DNA from: Candidatus Iainarchaeum sp.
Lineage (GTDB): Archaea; Iainarchaeota; Iainarchaeia; Iainarchaeales; JAZDFD01
DNA length: 64,000 bases
NCBI GenBank assembly: GCA_043808155.1
Contig: JAZDFD010000016.1
Coordinates: 7,604 to 71,603 of the forward strand
Reading direction: 5' to 3'
Under the pieces are notes generated by a model. The model was given only the letters and a program-made list of their open reading frames with translations. It was not told the origin of the DNA and searched no databases. Made by a program: the position numbers and the translations under genes. Positions 27,225 to 35,765 of this stretch are shown one piece after another (position 1 is the stretch's first letter; each line of letters begins with the position of its first letter).

Positions 27225-27236
27225 TGTTATGTATAT
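27225..27236 (+). promoter_or_regulatory. TGTTATGTATAT motif copy in the 26930-27295 non-coding stretch
   Basis: Exact tgttatgtatat, preceded by a G-rich box (27154-27175 tttcaagtggatgcgtggggg). The arrangement is collinear with 35021-35078. Confidence 0.35.
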
Positions 27237-27295
27237 TCTTTATCGCATTTTGAAGGTTTTTAACTTTTTTATATCCTTTTTACAGATTTAATAAA

Positions 27296-27805
27296 TCAAT
27301 TGCTTTTTTCAGGTCTGGCTCTAGCAGATTCGATTCTGTCTTTGCCTAAAGGTTTTTTATGAACATCTGAGGATGTTGCATCCTTTCTTCTTTCTCTAAA
27401 TAGAATATGCCCAGGCTCGCTAAGCTCATCTTGATCACGGATAAAATTACCTATATTTTTGTGTATTTCATTTGGCTTTAAAAATCTCTTTTCTTTATGT
27501 AACTCATAATGTTCTTTTGTAAGATCCGATTTTAATAAAAATTCCATATTTTTAGTAAGTTCGTGCCTTGATCTCGTCTCTAATATCTTAAGCTCATTTT
27601 TCTTCTTAAGTATTTCCTTTCGCATGTCTTCTCCGCTAGCTTGTCTTTTTTGTAAACTACTAAGTCCATTTACCACACGTTTAAGTGGTTCCACGTGTTC
27701 AAACCATCTAAAATCTCCCCAAGGTATCAAAATTCCTTTGCCACCATTTCTAAGTTCGACAATAGTGCCGCGTTGTCTACAACGTCTATTTATAAAACGA
27801 GTCAT
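27296..27805 (-). CDS. Hypothetical basic protein (orphan; candidate DNA-binding)
   Basis: A 169-aa K/R-rich ORF. It is flanked upstream by two tandem TGTCCAAC boxes and downstream by repeat-family sequence. Confidence 0.4.
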   Translation of the reverse strand: MTRFINRRCRQRGTIVELRNGGKGILIPWGDFRWFEHVEPLKRVVNGLSSLQKRQASGEDMRKEILKKKNELKILETRSRHELTKNMEFLLKSDLTKEHYELHKEKRFLKPNEIHKNIGNFIRDQDELSEPGHILFRERRKDATSSDVHKKPLGKDRIESARARPEKSN

Positions 27806-27886
27806 TTATCTTCACAATATTAATGTGTTTTAGAACTTTAAATATGTTTTGTTATTCGTTCTAAACGTGTTATTATTGTGAATTTT

Positions 27887-27939
27887 TGTCCAACAATTTG
27901 TGTGTTTGATAAAAAAGTGTCCAACAAATTGTGAGTTTA
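27887..27939 (+). promoter_or_regulatory. Two tandem TGTCCAAC-AA-N-TTGTG-N-GTTT boxes upstream of the 27296-27805 gene
   Basis: tgtccaacaatttgtgtgtttga (27887-27909) and tgtccaacaaattgtgagttta (27918-27939). Related copies lie at 35224-35244 and 35367-35389. Confidence 0.5.
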
Positions 27940-28022
27940 TTTGCAATAACTTAATAATGGAAAAATACATTATTCTTTAATGGTAATTAAACGAATAAAA
28001 GACTTTTTTGATTTGGAAAATC

Positions 28023-28772
28023 TTATTCCACAATCAACCCAGTGCATCGCCAGTTAATTTCTGCGGTTCCTGTTTCTTCACTTACAACACAAGCAGGGTT
28101 ACAGCCTTCTTTTTCCAGATTTAAATTAATCCACCATGTTTTTGTGACTTCATTATATGAAATTTCATCTGTTAAAGTTCCCTCTGCTATGCATTCGCTG
28201 GCTTCCGCAATTTCTATCGCGCTAGATTCACTTAAATGTTCAATTTCATGCATTTCACCCGCTGGAACACAATATCCCAAAGCATCTGCTATTCCTGAAG
28301 GCATTTTACAAGTATATCCTCCGGGGCATCCAAAGCCTGCAATTCCGCCGCATTCGCAAAGTTCTGCGCAAACAGTTGGGCATGCAATATCAAATCTTCC
28401 CTGATTATCAATTCCGCATTTACTTGAACATTCATTCCAATGTCCGCCAAAACCATTGCAGAATTCTTCTGACATTTCAATTACTTCTGTAAATGAATTT
28501 CCAGAAACAGGATCTCTGCACTGCCGTGGATAACTCTCCATTACAGGGTTTCCTGCTGCAGCGCATTCATCAAAATTTGTTATTTCCTGAGTTTCACATG
28601 GTTCTTCCCATGTTCTCAGACATTTCTGCTTAGCTTCGCACCAAGAATAACCCGCGCTTCCAATGCAACCATGTTCATCCTTGTCTCCGCCAACTATTTG
28701 GTTATCCGGTGTCTGAACACAGCCACTGAAAATCAATGCAAATGCTAATATTCCAATTATTAGTGCCTTCAT
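28023..28772 (-). CDS. Cys-rich secreted lipoprotein-like protein
   Basis: Lipobox-like MKALIIGILAFALIFSGC with many paired Cys throughout. GGAGGTG lies upstream of the ATG. Confidence 0.6.
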   Translation of the reverse strand: MKALIIGILAFALIFSGCVQTPDNQIVGGDKDEHGCIGSAGYSWCEAKQKCLRTWEEPCETQEITNFDECAAAGNPVMESYPRQCRDPVSGNSFTEVIEMSEEFCNGFGGHWNECSSKCGIDNQGRFDIACPTVCAELCECGGIAGFGCPGGYTCKMPSGIADALGYCVPAGEMHEIEHLSESSAIEIAEASECIAEGTLTDEISYNEVTKTWWINLNLEKEGCNPACVVSEETGTAEINWRCTGLIVE

Positions 28773-28883
28773 TTTTGCACCTCCCTTTGTGGATGAAATA
28801 ATAATCAGATTAAGTATATTTAAAGAAATTCTTATTATTTGGAAATTTCCTAAGCAATAATTCCCTAATCTGTAGTTGTCTAA

Positions 28884-29345
28884 TCAGCGATATTTTTCTG
28901 CTTCACTAACTCTGATTGTTGCATAACCAAAGTCAGAATCCGGGTTAGGTCTGGTTCTCTTTCTTCTGAATTTGAAAATCATTTTTCCCATGAAACTCCC
29001 AAAGAACAACCCGAAAAGAATGCTCAGAACAACCACTAATATTGTCAGAATAATCTTCACTGGATCAAGTCCAAAAAAGCCAGAAAGCACAAAAGCAGCA
29101 GCTACTGTCCCAATAATAAAGAAAACAAATCCGCTTATAACTGCCCAGAAACTGGACATGAAAATATTCCCAAATTCTCTAACTACGCCCATAGCTTTAA
29201 TGTGACTCAAAACATTATTTATTGTTTCGCTTGTTATCATCTGAATGCCAGCACTAGTTAAACAAAAAAAAGTGAAAAGACCAAAGCTAGTACGAATTGA
29301 TTTGGATAAACCAATTGCAGAGCTTGTGAGCAAAAGTGACCACAA
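28884..29345 (-). CDS. Small polytopic membrane protein
   Basis: Hydrophobic segments and a basic C-terminal tail FKFRRKRTRPN. An internal Met (MITSETINNV at 29240) would avoid the 100-nt overlap with the divergent gene. Confidence 0.4.
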   Translation of the reverse strand: MWSLLLTSSAIGLSKSIRTSFGLFTFFCLTSAGIQMITSETINNVLSHIKAMGVVREFGNIFMSSFWAVISGFVFFIIGTVAAAFVLSGFFGLDPVKIILTILVVVLSILFGLFFGSFMGKMIFKFRRKRTRPNPDSDFGYATIRVSEAEKYR

Positions 29346-29781
29346 AACATTAGGTATCTGGGCAGCTGACTGTGCTGAGCGAGTATTACATTATTTTGAA
29401 GAAAAATATCCCGAAGATAATCGCCCACGAAAAGCCATAGACGCACTCTGCACATGGGTCCAGGATGGTGTGTTTAAAATGGCAGATATACGTGGAGCGT
29501 CACTTTCAGCTCATGCAGCAGCCCGTGAAGTGAAAGAAAATGATGATGCAGCTCGCTCTGCTGCCCGTGCTACTGGTCAGGCTTTGGCGACTGCACATGT
29601 GCCTACTCATGCCATCGGCGCTGCTGTTTACGCAGCCACTGCTGTTCGTGATGCAACCGACTCCAGTGATGCCACTAGCAAGGAACGAGATTGGCAATAT
29701 CAACACTTGCTCAATATGAACAAAACAGCTGGTGCAACCAATCCTGAAAAGCGAACGCTCTGGAGAGGCAGGAAAAAATAA
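29245..29781 (+). CDS. Ala-rich helical protein resembling bacterial putative immunity (Imm-5-like) proteins; compositionally foreign
   Basis: LGIWAADCAERVLHYFE...DNRPRKAIDALCTWV...AHAAAREV...AARSAARATGQALATAHVPTHAIGAAVYAATAV. It is visibly more G+C-rich than its neighbours. Confidence 0.45.
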   Translation: MPALVKQKKVKRPKLVRIDLDKPIAELVSKSDHKTLGIWAADCAERVLHYFEEKYPEDNRPRKAIDALCTWVQDGVFKMADIRGASLSAHAAAREVKENDDAARSAARATGQALATAHVPTHAIGAAVYAATAVRDATDSSDATSKERDWQYQHLLNMNKTAGATNPEKRTLWRGRKK

Positions 29782-29880
29782 AACAAGATGATTTTAGAGG
29801 AAATCTACTCTGCAAGCATTTTAAAGAGTTTAGTATGATAGTATAATAAATAATCTATTAATTATGAAAAAGGTGATTTA

Positions 29881-30165
29881 TTGAAGGTAAAAGATTTAAA
29901 GGCACGAGCCGAAGTTGATGAAATTACTTTGGAAATTGTTTCAAAGGCAGAACCAAGAGAATTTACAAATGACAGAGGGTCAGGAAGAGTTTGCAGCGCA
30001 GCTGGTAAAGATAGTACTGGCGAAGTTAGCATAACACTCTGGAACGAGCAGATTGACCAGGTTGAAGAAGGAAATAAAATAAAGATTGAAGGTGGCTGGT
30101 GTTCTGACTATCAGGGCAATTTGCAGGTTAGTACTGGTAGAAAGGGCAATCTGACTGTTTTGTAA
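29881..30165 (+). CDS. Single OB-fold nucleic-acid-binding protein (SSB/RPA-like)
   Basis: A 94-aa protein with TTG start preceded by AGGTGAT. The pattern EITLEIVSKAEPREF...GRVCSAAGKDSTGEVSITLWNEQ...GNKIKIEGG is typical of small archaeal OB-fold proteins. Confidence 0.65.
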   Translation: MKVKDLKARAEVDEITLEIVSKAEPREFTNDRGSGRVCSAAGKDSTGEVSITLWNEQIDQVEEGNKIKIEGGWCSDYQGNLQVSTGRKGNLTVL

Positions 30166-30204
30166 TTCCAAACTGTTTTATTCTTGTTAGGCACTTACAT
30201 TAGT

Positions 30205-30420
30205 ATGTGCCTTGCTCTTACTTGTGAAGTTATTGCAGTAACTGAAAAAGAACTAATTGTGGATTTCGCAGGGGAAAAGAAAAAAGCCCTGAATTTAACT
30301 AATGCTAAACCAGGCGACTTTGTAATTGTACAGCAGGGAATTGCAATTGAGAAAGTAAACAAAAAAGAAGCAAAAGAAAGAAAAAAAATCCTTGCAAAAG
30401 CTAAGAAACGAATTAATTAA
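30205..30420 (+). CDS. hypC: Hydrogenase maturation chaperone HypC/HupF family
   Basis: Starts MCLALTCEV (the essential Cys2 of HypC). The OB-fold core is followed by a K-rich tail. The track ORF starts 21 nt earlier at a TTG. Confidence 0.7.
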   Translation: MCLALTCEVIAVTEKELIVDFAGEKKKALNLTNAKPGDFVIVQQGIAIEKVNKKEAKERKKILAKAKKRIN

Positions 30421-30482
30421 GTGCTAAAAGAAAACTAATTATTGCTATAATCTAATTAATTGCTATAATTGCTAAAAGAGAA

Positions 30483-31190
30483 TTAATTAATCGCTTCTAA
30501 ATTGTTTATTGTGACTTTTTTCAGAGTTTCTAATTTTTTTGTGTTTAATTTCTCGCAAAATGACTCCCAGTGAAAAGAAATCATATCTCCCTGAACAATT
30601 TCATCACCAAAATAGTTGCGAATTTGCTTTTTAGTATCATTTCCAAACACAAATTTTTCATTTTCTAAAACTATTGGAGTGTATGAAATTTCTAGTGTGT
30701 TTGCTCTACCCCTCAAAACCTCACCCCATGAGATTTTGCATTTGTCCAGATTTTCTATTACAGTCGGTACCTTTTTTGTTAATGAGTTAATGTTAAACAC
30801 ATGAAATGAATGGTGTGCCGTTACATTTTCAGGAACTTTTTCAACTAATTTTGCTGAAATCTCAGATCCTAAAAATTCAGGTTTTGAAAACTTATTTAAA
30901 ATCAAATTTCTAATATCTTTCGCATAAACATTTTCCAATAATTCATTCCCAATCCAGTAAGCTTCTGCAACTCTGTAATCAAACCAATGCATTTCATTCT
31001 TTTCAGCAATCAATCTCAGATATGCGCCCAATGCTTCAAACTTTGAAAGTGAATTTAAAATCTGCTCACCAACAAAAGAATCTTTTCCTGAAATGTACTC
31101 CTGAATCAAATCACTTATATTTGAGGGTCCGCAGTAACCAAGTTTATTTGGCATGAATGAATAGCGGGACAAAAACTCAATATTATCCAT
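30483..31190 (-). CDS. Hypothetical protein
   Basis: A 235-aa ORF overlapping the upstream EamA gene's stop by 1 nt. No motif recognised. Confidence 0.4.
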   Translation of the reverse strand: MDNIEFLSRYSFMPNKLGYCGPSNISDLIQEYISGKDSFVGEQILNSLSKFEALGAYLRLIAEKNEMHWFDYRVAEAYWIGNELLENVYAKDIRNLILNKFSKPEFLGSEISAKLVEKVPENVTAHHSFHVFNINSLTKKVPTVIENLDKCKISWGEVLRGRANTLEISYTPIVLENEKFVFGNDTKKQIRNYFGDEIVQGDMISFHWESFCEKLNTKKLETLKKVTINNLEAIN

Positions 31191-32104
31191 TATTTTTCAC
31201 GTGCAAGTAATTTCACTGGCATTTTTATCAATGAAATAAATTGTGAAATTCCCAGAACTAAAAGAACACCAACTAAAAGAAGTAAAAATCCAGCTGCCTG
31301 TATTATTGTAATTCCAGTTCCCAAAAATGCAAAAGAAAGTAATGCAGTAATTGGTTGCCCTAAAAGTAAAATTACTGCTGCTTTTGAAACATCAATATAT
31401 TTCAAACCTGAATACCATGAAATAACATACAAAAACAGCAAAGCAGATGTTAAAAGAACCCACTGAATCTGCATAGTTCCTAATTCAAAAATCAAATTAA
31501 ACTGATTTGTAACAATCAAAAAACCAATCATAAACAAAGAGCCAAAAAACATCCTTCCAAATGCAACTTGTGTTGCTTTAAGCTCCGTCAATACATGCTT
31601 ACTCAGAACATTTTCCCCTGCCCAGAATAAAATTGCAATAAAAATTAAAATCTCTGCAAAACCAAATTCAGAAATATCTGAAAATAAAATTAAATTCCCT
31701 GCAAATAGCAAACACGCACCAATTAAGAAATTCTTACCCATTTTCTCTTTCAAAAGTACAAATGCGAACAACCCGATGAAGAGAAACATTGACTTGTGAA
31801 TGAATCCCGCATTTATTGCAGACGTCATATTCAAAGCATAAAAGTAAAGCAAAAAGGGAATGCTCCCGCCAATTAATCCAATCGCCATTAGTTTAATCCA
31901 TTGAGCCTTGCTCATGGCTACCAACTTACGCCATTCTTTCAGAAGAAAAATTAATGAAATTAAAAATACACCCACAACTAGATTTTTCATTGTAGCAAAA
32001 ACAAAAGGATTCATCTCTGAAACCCCGAATTTATTAATGAAAATAGACATTCCTGAAACTAAGGCAGTTATTAAAACTAAAATAAGCCCCTTATTTTGAC
32101 TCAT
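31190..32104 (-). CDS. EamA/DMT-superfamily transporter
   Basis: About 10 TM helices in two homologous halves. The pattern is typical of the EamA family. Confidence 0.8.
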   Translation of the reverse strand: MSQNKGLILVLITALVSGMSIFINKFGVSEMNPFVFATMKNLVVGVFLISLIFLLKEWRKLVAMSKAQWIKLMAIGLIGGSIPFLLYFYALNMTSAINAGFIHKSMFLFIGLFAFVLLKEKMGKNFLIGACLLFAGNLILFSDISEFGFAEILIFIAILFWAGENVLSKHVLTELKATQVAFGRMFFGSLFMIGFLIVTNQFNLIFELGTMQIQWVLLTSALLFLYVISWYSGLKYIDVSKAAVILLLGQPITALLSFAFLGTGITIIQAAGFLLLLVGVLLVLGISQFISLIKMPVKLLAREK

Positions 32105-32155
32105 GCAAACAAATAGAAGTGAACTTTATTAAAAGCTTTAGCCAATGTTTTAGCA

Positions 32156-32542
32156 ATGAAAACCATACTAGTTTTTGGAAATCCTTTAGTAACTGAAGAT
32201 GCACTGGCTCTGAAAATCGCAGACAAACTCAGCACACGTCCTGAAGTAAATGAAAAATTCAGATTTATAAAAACAGATTCTTTGGACAATTTAGAAGAAT
32301 ACGGTGAAAATCTTCTGATTTTAGATGTTGCAGCAAATATAAAAAAAGTTGAAATAATAACTGATTTGAAGATGCTGGAGCAGAATAAAATTTACTCAAT
32401 GCACGATTTTGACCTGGGTTTTAATTTGAAACTTCTGAAGAAATTAGGGAAAATAAAATCCGTGAAAATAATCGCAATTCCAATGAATTATTCTGAAAAA
32501 CAAGCACTCACTGAAATAAAAGAAAAACTCAACTCCATTTGA
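32156..32542 (+). CDS. [NiFe]-hydrogenase maturation endopeptidase (HycI/HoxW-like)
   Basis: ILVFGNPLVTEDALALKIADKL matches the GNxLxxDD metal-binding N-terminus. It lies next to the hydrogenase large subunit. Confidence 0.7.
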   Translation: MKTILVFGNPLVTEDALALKIADKLSTRPEVNEKFRFIKTDSLDNLEEYGENLLILDVAANIKKVEIITDLKMLEQNKIYSMHDFDLGFNLKLLKKLGKIKSVKIIAIPMNYSEKQALTEIKEKLNSI

Positions 32543-32576
32543 AACTTAAAATCTTCAAATCGTTCTGAAACGAAAT

Positions 32577-33848
32577 TTAACTCCATTTAACTTTCAAAAA
32601 GTGTGTTGCACAGCTCATACAGGGATCATAAGCCCTAATAAGCTTTTCAAGTTCTAAATTGATTTCTTTTTTCTTTTTATGCAGTATTGTTGGAATTAAT
32701 TGTCTAATGTCCTGTTCAATATTGAAAACATTTTGTGCTGTTGGAATAACAACAATCTCTTTTGTTACATTCCCGTTGTTATCAAAATGCATTTCATGGT
32801 ATAATGTACCGCGCGGCGCTTCTGTTACACCATACCCAACCTCATCTTTAATTTCTAATTTAGGGATTGATTCATTCACAAATCCTGCATTCAATAAATC
32901 AATTGAATAATCAATACAATGCAAAATCTCAATTGCCTGCGCTAAATTGTTTCTAAACGGTGAAATTGAAGGGAATAATTTTAATGCATTTGTGGAGTCT
33001 TTCTGAGTTTTTTTGTGCAAATTTTTCATATTCAAATTAATTCTTGCGAGTGCACCAACCATGTATTCTCTGTCATTGTGTTTAAACCCGTTTGCAGTGG
33101 AGTATGAGACACCGAATTTTCTAAAGTGTGAACCATAGGTTGTTTCCGGAACGCACATTCCGCAAGTATCTCTGATTTCCCCGTCTAAGAAATTATAATC
33201 CTCATTAACCATCCCCACAAAACAAGTTGGGCGTTCAAAAGGTTCTTTGTATGATGCAAACAAATTAATTGTTTCCACAGCCACAGGCCGTATCTGCTTC
33301 AAATATATTAACATTTCTTTAACTTTTTTATCCTCTGGAAATCTCAGAAAGCCACCAACACTTACAAATGCAGGATGTACTGAACCCCCGCCTATCAAAG
33401 TGCATAAATCATTCCCTGCTTTTTTCAAATCCAGTGCATTATGAAGGTGTTTGTGGTATTTTCCTTTGAAATCAAGTGCACTTTCAACTCCCAAATAATC
33501 CGGCAAAGAGAAAAAATACAAATGTAATGCATGATCTCTTATTTGCATTGCGTTTTGCAGTAATTTTCGCATTCTGATTGTTTGTTCAGATGCTTTAAAA
33601 TGTGCAGCGCGTTCAACTGCTTCTATTGCTGTTAAAAGATGTGCAACACTGCAGGTACCGCAAATCCTTGAAAGAATACTCGGAGCAATCATGAATGACT
33701 TCCCAACCACAATATCCTGAAAATACCGCTTACTTTCTGAAATTTGCAGTTTAACAGTCTCAACCTTTTTGTTTCTGATTTTAATATTCAGGTTTGCATG
33801 CCCTTCTATTTTTGAAATATTCTCAAGTGTTATGTCTCCTGAATGCAT
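32577..33848 (-). CDS. [NiFe]-hydrogenase large subunit (cytosolic group 3-like)
   Basis: N-terminal RICGTCSVAH and C-terminal DPCMSCATH Ni-binding motifs, followed by a short cleavable tail FLKVKWS. Length 423 aa. Confidence 0.9.
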   Translation of the reverse strand: MHSGDITLENISKIEGHANLNIKIRNKKVETVKLQISESKRYFQDIVVGKSFMIAPSILSRICGTCSVAHLLTAIEAVERAAHFKASEQTIRMRKLLQNAMQIRDHALHLYFFSLPDYLGVESALDFKGKYHKHLHNALDLKKAGNDLCTLIGGGSVHPAFVSVGGFLRFPEDKKVKEMLIYLKQIRPVAVETINLFASYKEPFERPTCFVGMVNEDYNFLDGEIRDTCGMCVPETTYGSHFRKFGVSYSTANGFKHNDREYMVGALARINLNMKNLHKKTQKDSTNALKLFPSISPFRNNLAQAIEILHCIDYSIDLLNAGFVNESIPKLEIKDEVGYGVTEAPRGTLYHEMHFDNNGNVTKEIVVIPTAQNVFNIEQDIRQLIPTILHKKKKEINLELEKLIRAYDPCMSCATHFLKVKWS

Positions 33849-34490
33849 TCAATCACCTAATGATTCGTTATTTACGAGTTTTCTTACAAGTTTAATGAAT
33901 TCTTCTCCTTTTGGAGGGCAGCCATGCAATAAATGTTCAACTTTGATGTGCTCATGAATTGGTTTTACATCAATTTGTTTAAATTTTTCAATCATTGGCT
34001 TAATTTTTTCTTTGAGTTGCGGGGAAATATCATTTCTCATTTTTGGATAGCCGCCAGTTGTTGCACAGCTCCCTATTGAAATCACTTTTTTTGCCTGTTT
34101 TCTGATTTCCTTCAGTTTGGGGAGTTCTTTTTTGCTTGAAATTGCACCCTCTACAAATGCAACATCCATTTTAGGGCTTTTTTTAGTGCTTTTAAGCAAT
34201 CTCATTGAAACAATCTCAATATCATCAAGAAGTTTAAAGAATTCGTAATTCTGTGCAAGAATCTCGATTTGACAGCCTTCACAGCCTGTAAAATCAAAAA
34301 ATCCAATCTTTAATTTCTTCTTCAAGCCACTCTTTACTTTCTTTTTCACGGCTTGCTTCTTCTGGTTCTTCTCTAAGCTCTTTTTCACAGCTTTCTTCTT
34401 TACGTTCTTCTTCACTTGCTTCTTTACGCTCATTCCAATTAATAAGAGCGTTGAAATTAATAAATAATGACTCACAATACTGCTTTTCAA
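33849..34490 (-). CDS. [NiFe]-hydrogenase small subunit with Lys-rich N-terminal extension
   Basis: Proximal-cluster Cys motifs FTGCEGCQ, IGSCATTGGYP and HGCPP, preceded by KKQVKKNVKKKAVKKSLEKNQKKQAVKKKVKSGLKKKLK. Confidence 0.85.
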   Translation of the reverse strand: MKSSIVSHYLLISTLLLIGMSVKKQVKKNVKKKAVKKSLEKNQKKQAVKKKVKSGLKKKLKIGFFDFTGCEGCQIEILAQNYEFFKLLDDIEIVSMRLLKSTKKSPKMDVAFVEGAISSKKELPKLKEIRKQAKKVISIGSCATTGGYPKMRNDISPQLKEKIKPMIEKFKQIDVKPIHEHIKVEHLLHGCPPKGEEFIKLVRKLVNNESLGD

Positions 34491-34696
34491 TATCTCTTTT
34501 TTCTAACTTCGTCACTTGCAAGTTTAGGGAGTATGAAGAATGAAAAAACACCAGTGACACCCATTATCACTGCAAAAGAAAGCCAGTCAATCCACATAAA
34601 TAGAAATAGTATGAATGAAATAACAAGCACAATAACAAGAAGAGTAGCTATTGCTTTCAAAATAGTAAAATAATCCATGCTATAAGCAATGTGCAA
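34487..34696 (-). CDS. Small two-TM membrane protein in the hydrogenase operon
   Basis: A 69-aa ORF with two hydrophobic helices. Its stop overlaps the small-subunit start (ATGA). Confidence 0.4.
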   Translation of the reverse strand: MHIAYSMDYFTILKAIATLLVIVLVISFILFLFMWIDWLSFAVIMGVTGVFSFFILPKLASDEVRKKRY

Positions 34697-34703
34697 CCAA
34701 TTA

Positions 34704-34961
34704 TTAAATAATTCCTGGGAAAACCCATGGGAGTATCAGCACTAAGATGAATAACAGGATTCCCTGATCCAAGTCACGCCACATCACAGGGATTGCAAGC
34801 CCCATAAGCAAAAAGTAAAAAACACTTGTTTGAGTCATAGATAGATAATATCCAAATAAGGCCCCAATAAAGAAGAACATAATCAGAACTGAACCAATCT
34901 TCCTCAACAGAACAGGGATGCCATCAATAATTCCTTTGAAAAAATTATAAAATAGACTCAT
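34704..34961 (-). CDS. Small three-TM membrane protein in the hydrogenase operon
   Basis: An 85-aa ORF with three hydrophobic segments, lying 7 nt upstream of the next ORF. Confidence 0.4.
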   Translation of the reverse strand: MSLFYNFFKGIIDGIPVLLRKIGSVLIMFFFIGALFGYYLSMTQTSVFYFLLMGLAIPVMWRDLDQGILLFILVLILPWVFPGII

Positions 34962-35066
34962 ATAGACATAATCTTAGTTCATGAGCTTTAAGTACTTTTT
35001 GGTTAGCGAGTTTTTCTTTTGCTAGTGGGCAGTTAAGTGGCGGGCAGTAGTTGTTGATTGGTTTAT

Positions 35067-35146
35067 TGTTATGTATATTCATTATTTGGCTGATTTTTAA
35101 TTATGTAGTAGGTTATGTATACGTATTTAGGCATATTATGTATAAG
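35067..35146 (+). repeat. Cluster of four TTATGTA(T/G)A motif copies
   Basis: tgttatgtatat 35067-35078, ttatgtag 35101-35108, gttatgtata 35112-35121, ttatgtataa 35137-35146. All are on the same strand. Confidence 0.7.
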
Positions 35147-35203
35147 TTGAATTTTGAAATTACCCACCAATATAGTAATTATGTTTCTTACCATTTGTGA
35201 AAT

Positions 35204-35332
35204 CTAGTAATTTTCTGAAATTTTGTCCAAAAAAGTGTGAATTCGCTCATACTCCCAAGTATCCCCAAAAACCCCTATGCAACAGATCTTCTCCTCCCTA
35301 GCCCTATTCAAAATATGGCCTTCTGGAGTCAT
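35204..35332 (-). pseudogene. 42-codon ORF, possibly a truncated paralogue of the 27296-27805 gene (or a genuine small gene)
   Basis: MTPEGHILNRAREEKICCIGVFGDTWEYERIHTFLDKISENY weakly parallels MTRFINRRCRQRG...GILIPWGDFRWFEHVEPLKRVV. GGAG lies upstream of the ATG, and the same TGTCCAA box family is upstream. Confidence 0.25.
35224..35244 (+). repeat. TGTCCAA-N-TGTG box copy
   Basis: tgtccaaaaaagtgtgaattc, related to the boxes at 27887-27939. Confidence 0.5.
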
Positions 35333-35366
35333 CTTCTCCAAAAAAATAGTGTGATTTGAAAAATTC

Positions 35367-35389
35367 TGTCCAAGAAAATGTGTGTTTTA
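35367..35389 (+). repeat. TGTCCAA-N-TGTG box copy
   Basis: tgtccaagaaaatgtgtgtttta. The flank agtgtgatttgaaaaattc aligns with attgtgaattttt at 27875-27886. Confidence 0.5.
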
Positions 35390-35605
35390 AAATTTAAATT
35401 GCTAATTTTGCCTGTTTTGGAAACTTAGGGCTTAATTTAGACCCAAAATGAAAAATAAACCAAAAATAGGGTTTTTAGTTGATAAATTGAACCTTTTTTA
35501 TGGATTTTATTAGTAAATCCAAACCATTTTCACGTTTTTTTGATTTTTTACTGTCTAGGGTAGGGGTTTATAGGCAAAAAACCCTCAAAAAAGCAATTTT
35601 TTCTG

Positions 35606-35765
35606 GGAAAAACAATTAGTTTTTAAGAAATAAATTCATTCCTAATGTGTTATGTATATAAAATCCACATTATTTGACCTAGTCTAGGTCTATTTTGGCA
35701 ATTATATTATAAGGAAAAACTTTTTTTCTTTAAGCAATAAACTATTCCTTGTGTTATTTAAAACC
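35606..35765 (+). repeat. Imperfect ~55-nt direct duplication (period ~106 nt) ending in the TGTGTTAT(GTATA) motif
   Basis: ggaaaaacaattagtttttaagaaataaattcattcctaatgtgttatgtatataaaatcc versus ggaaaaactttttttctttaagcaataaactattccttgtgttatttaaaacc. Confidence 0.6.

Noticed and set aside
34294-34560. 88-aa E/K-rich minus-strand ORF overlapping the hydrogenase small-subunit 5' region.
   Set aside because: It is an alternative frame of the Lys-rich extension coding region. The frame continuous with the conserved FTGCEGCQ small-subunit core is the credible one.
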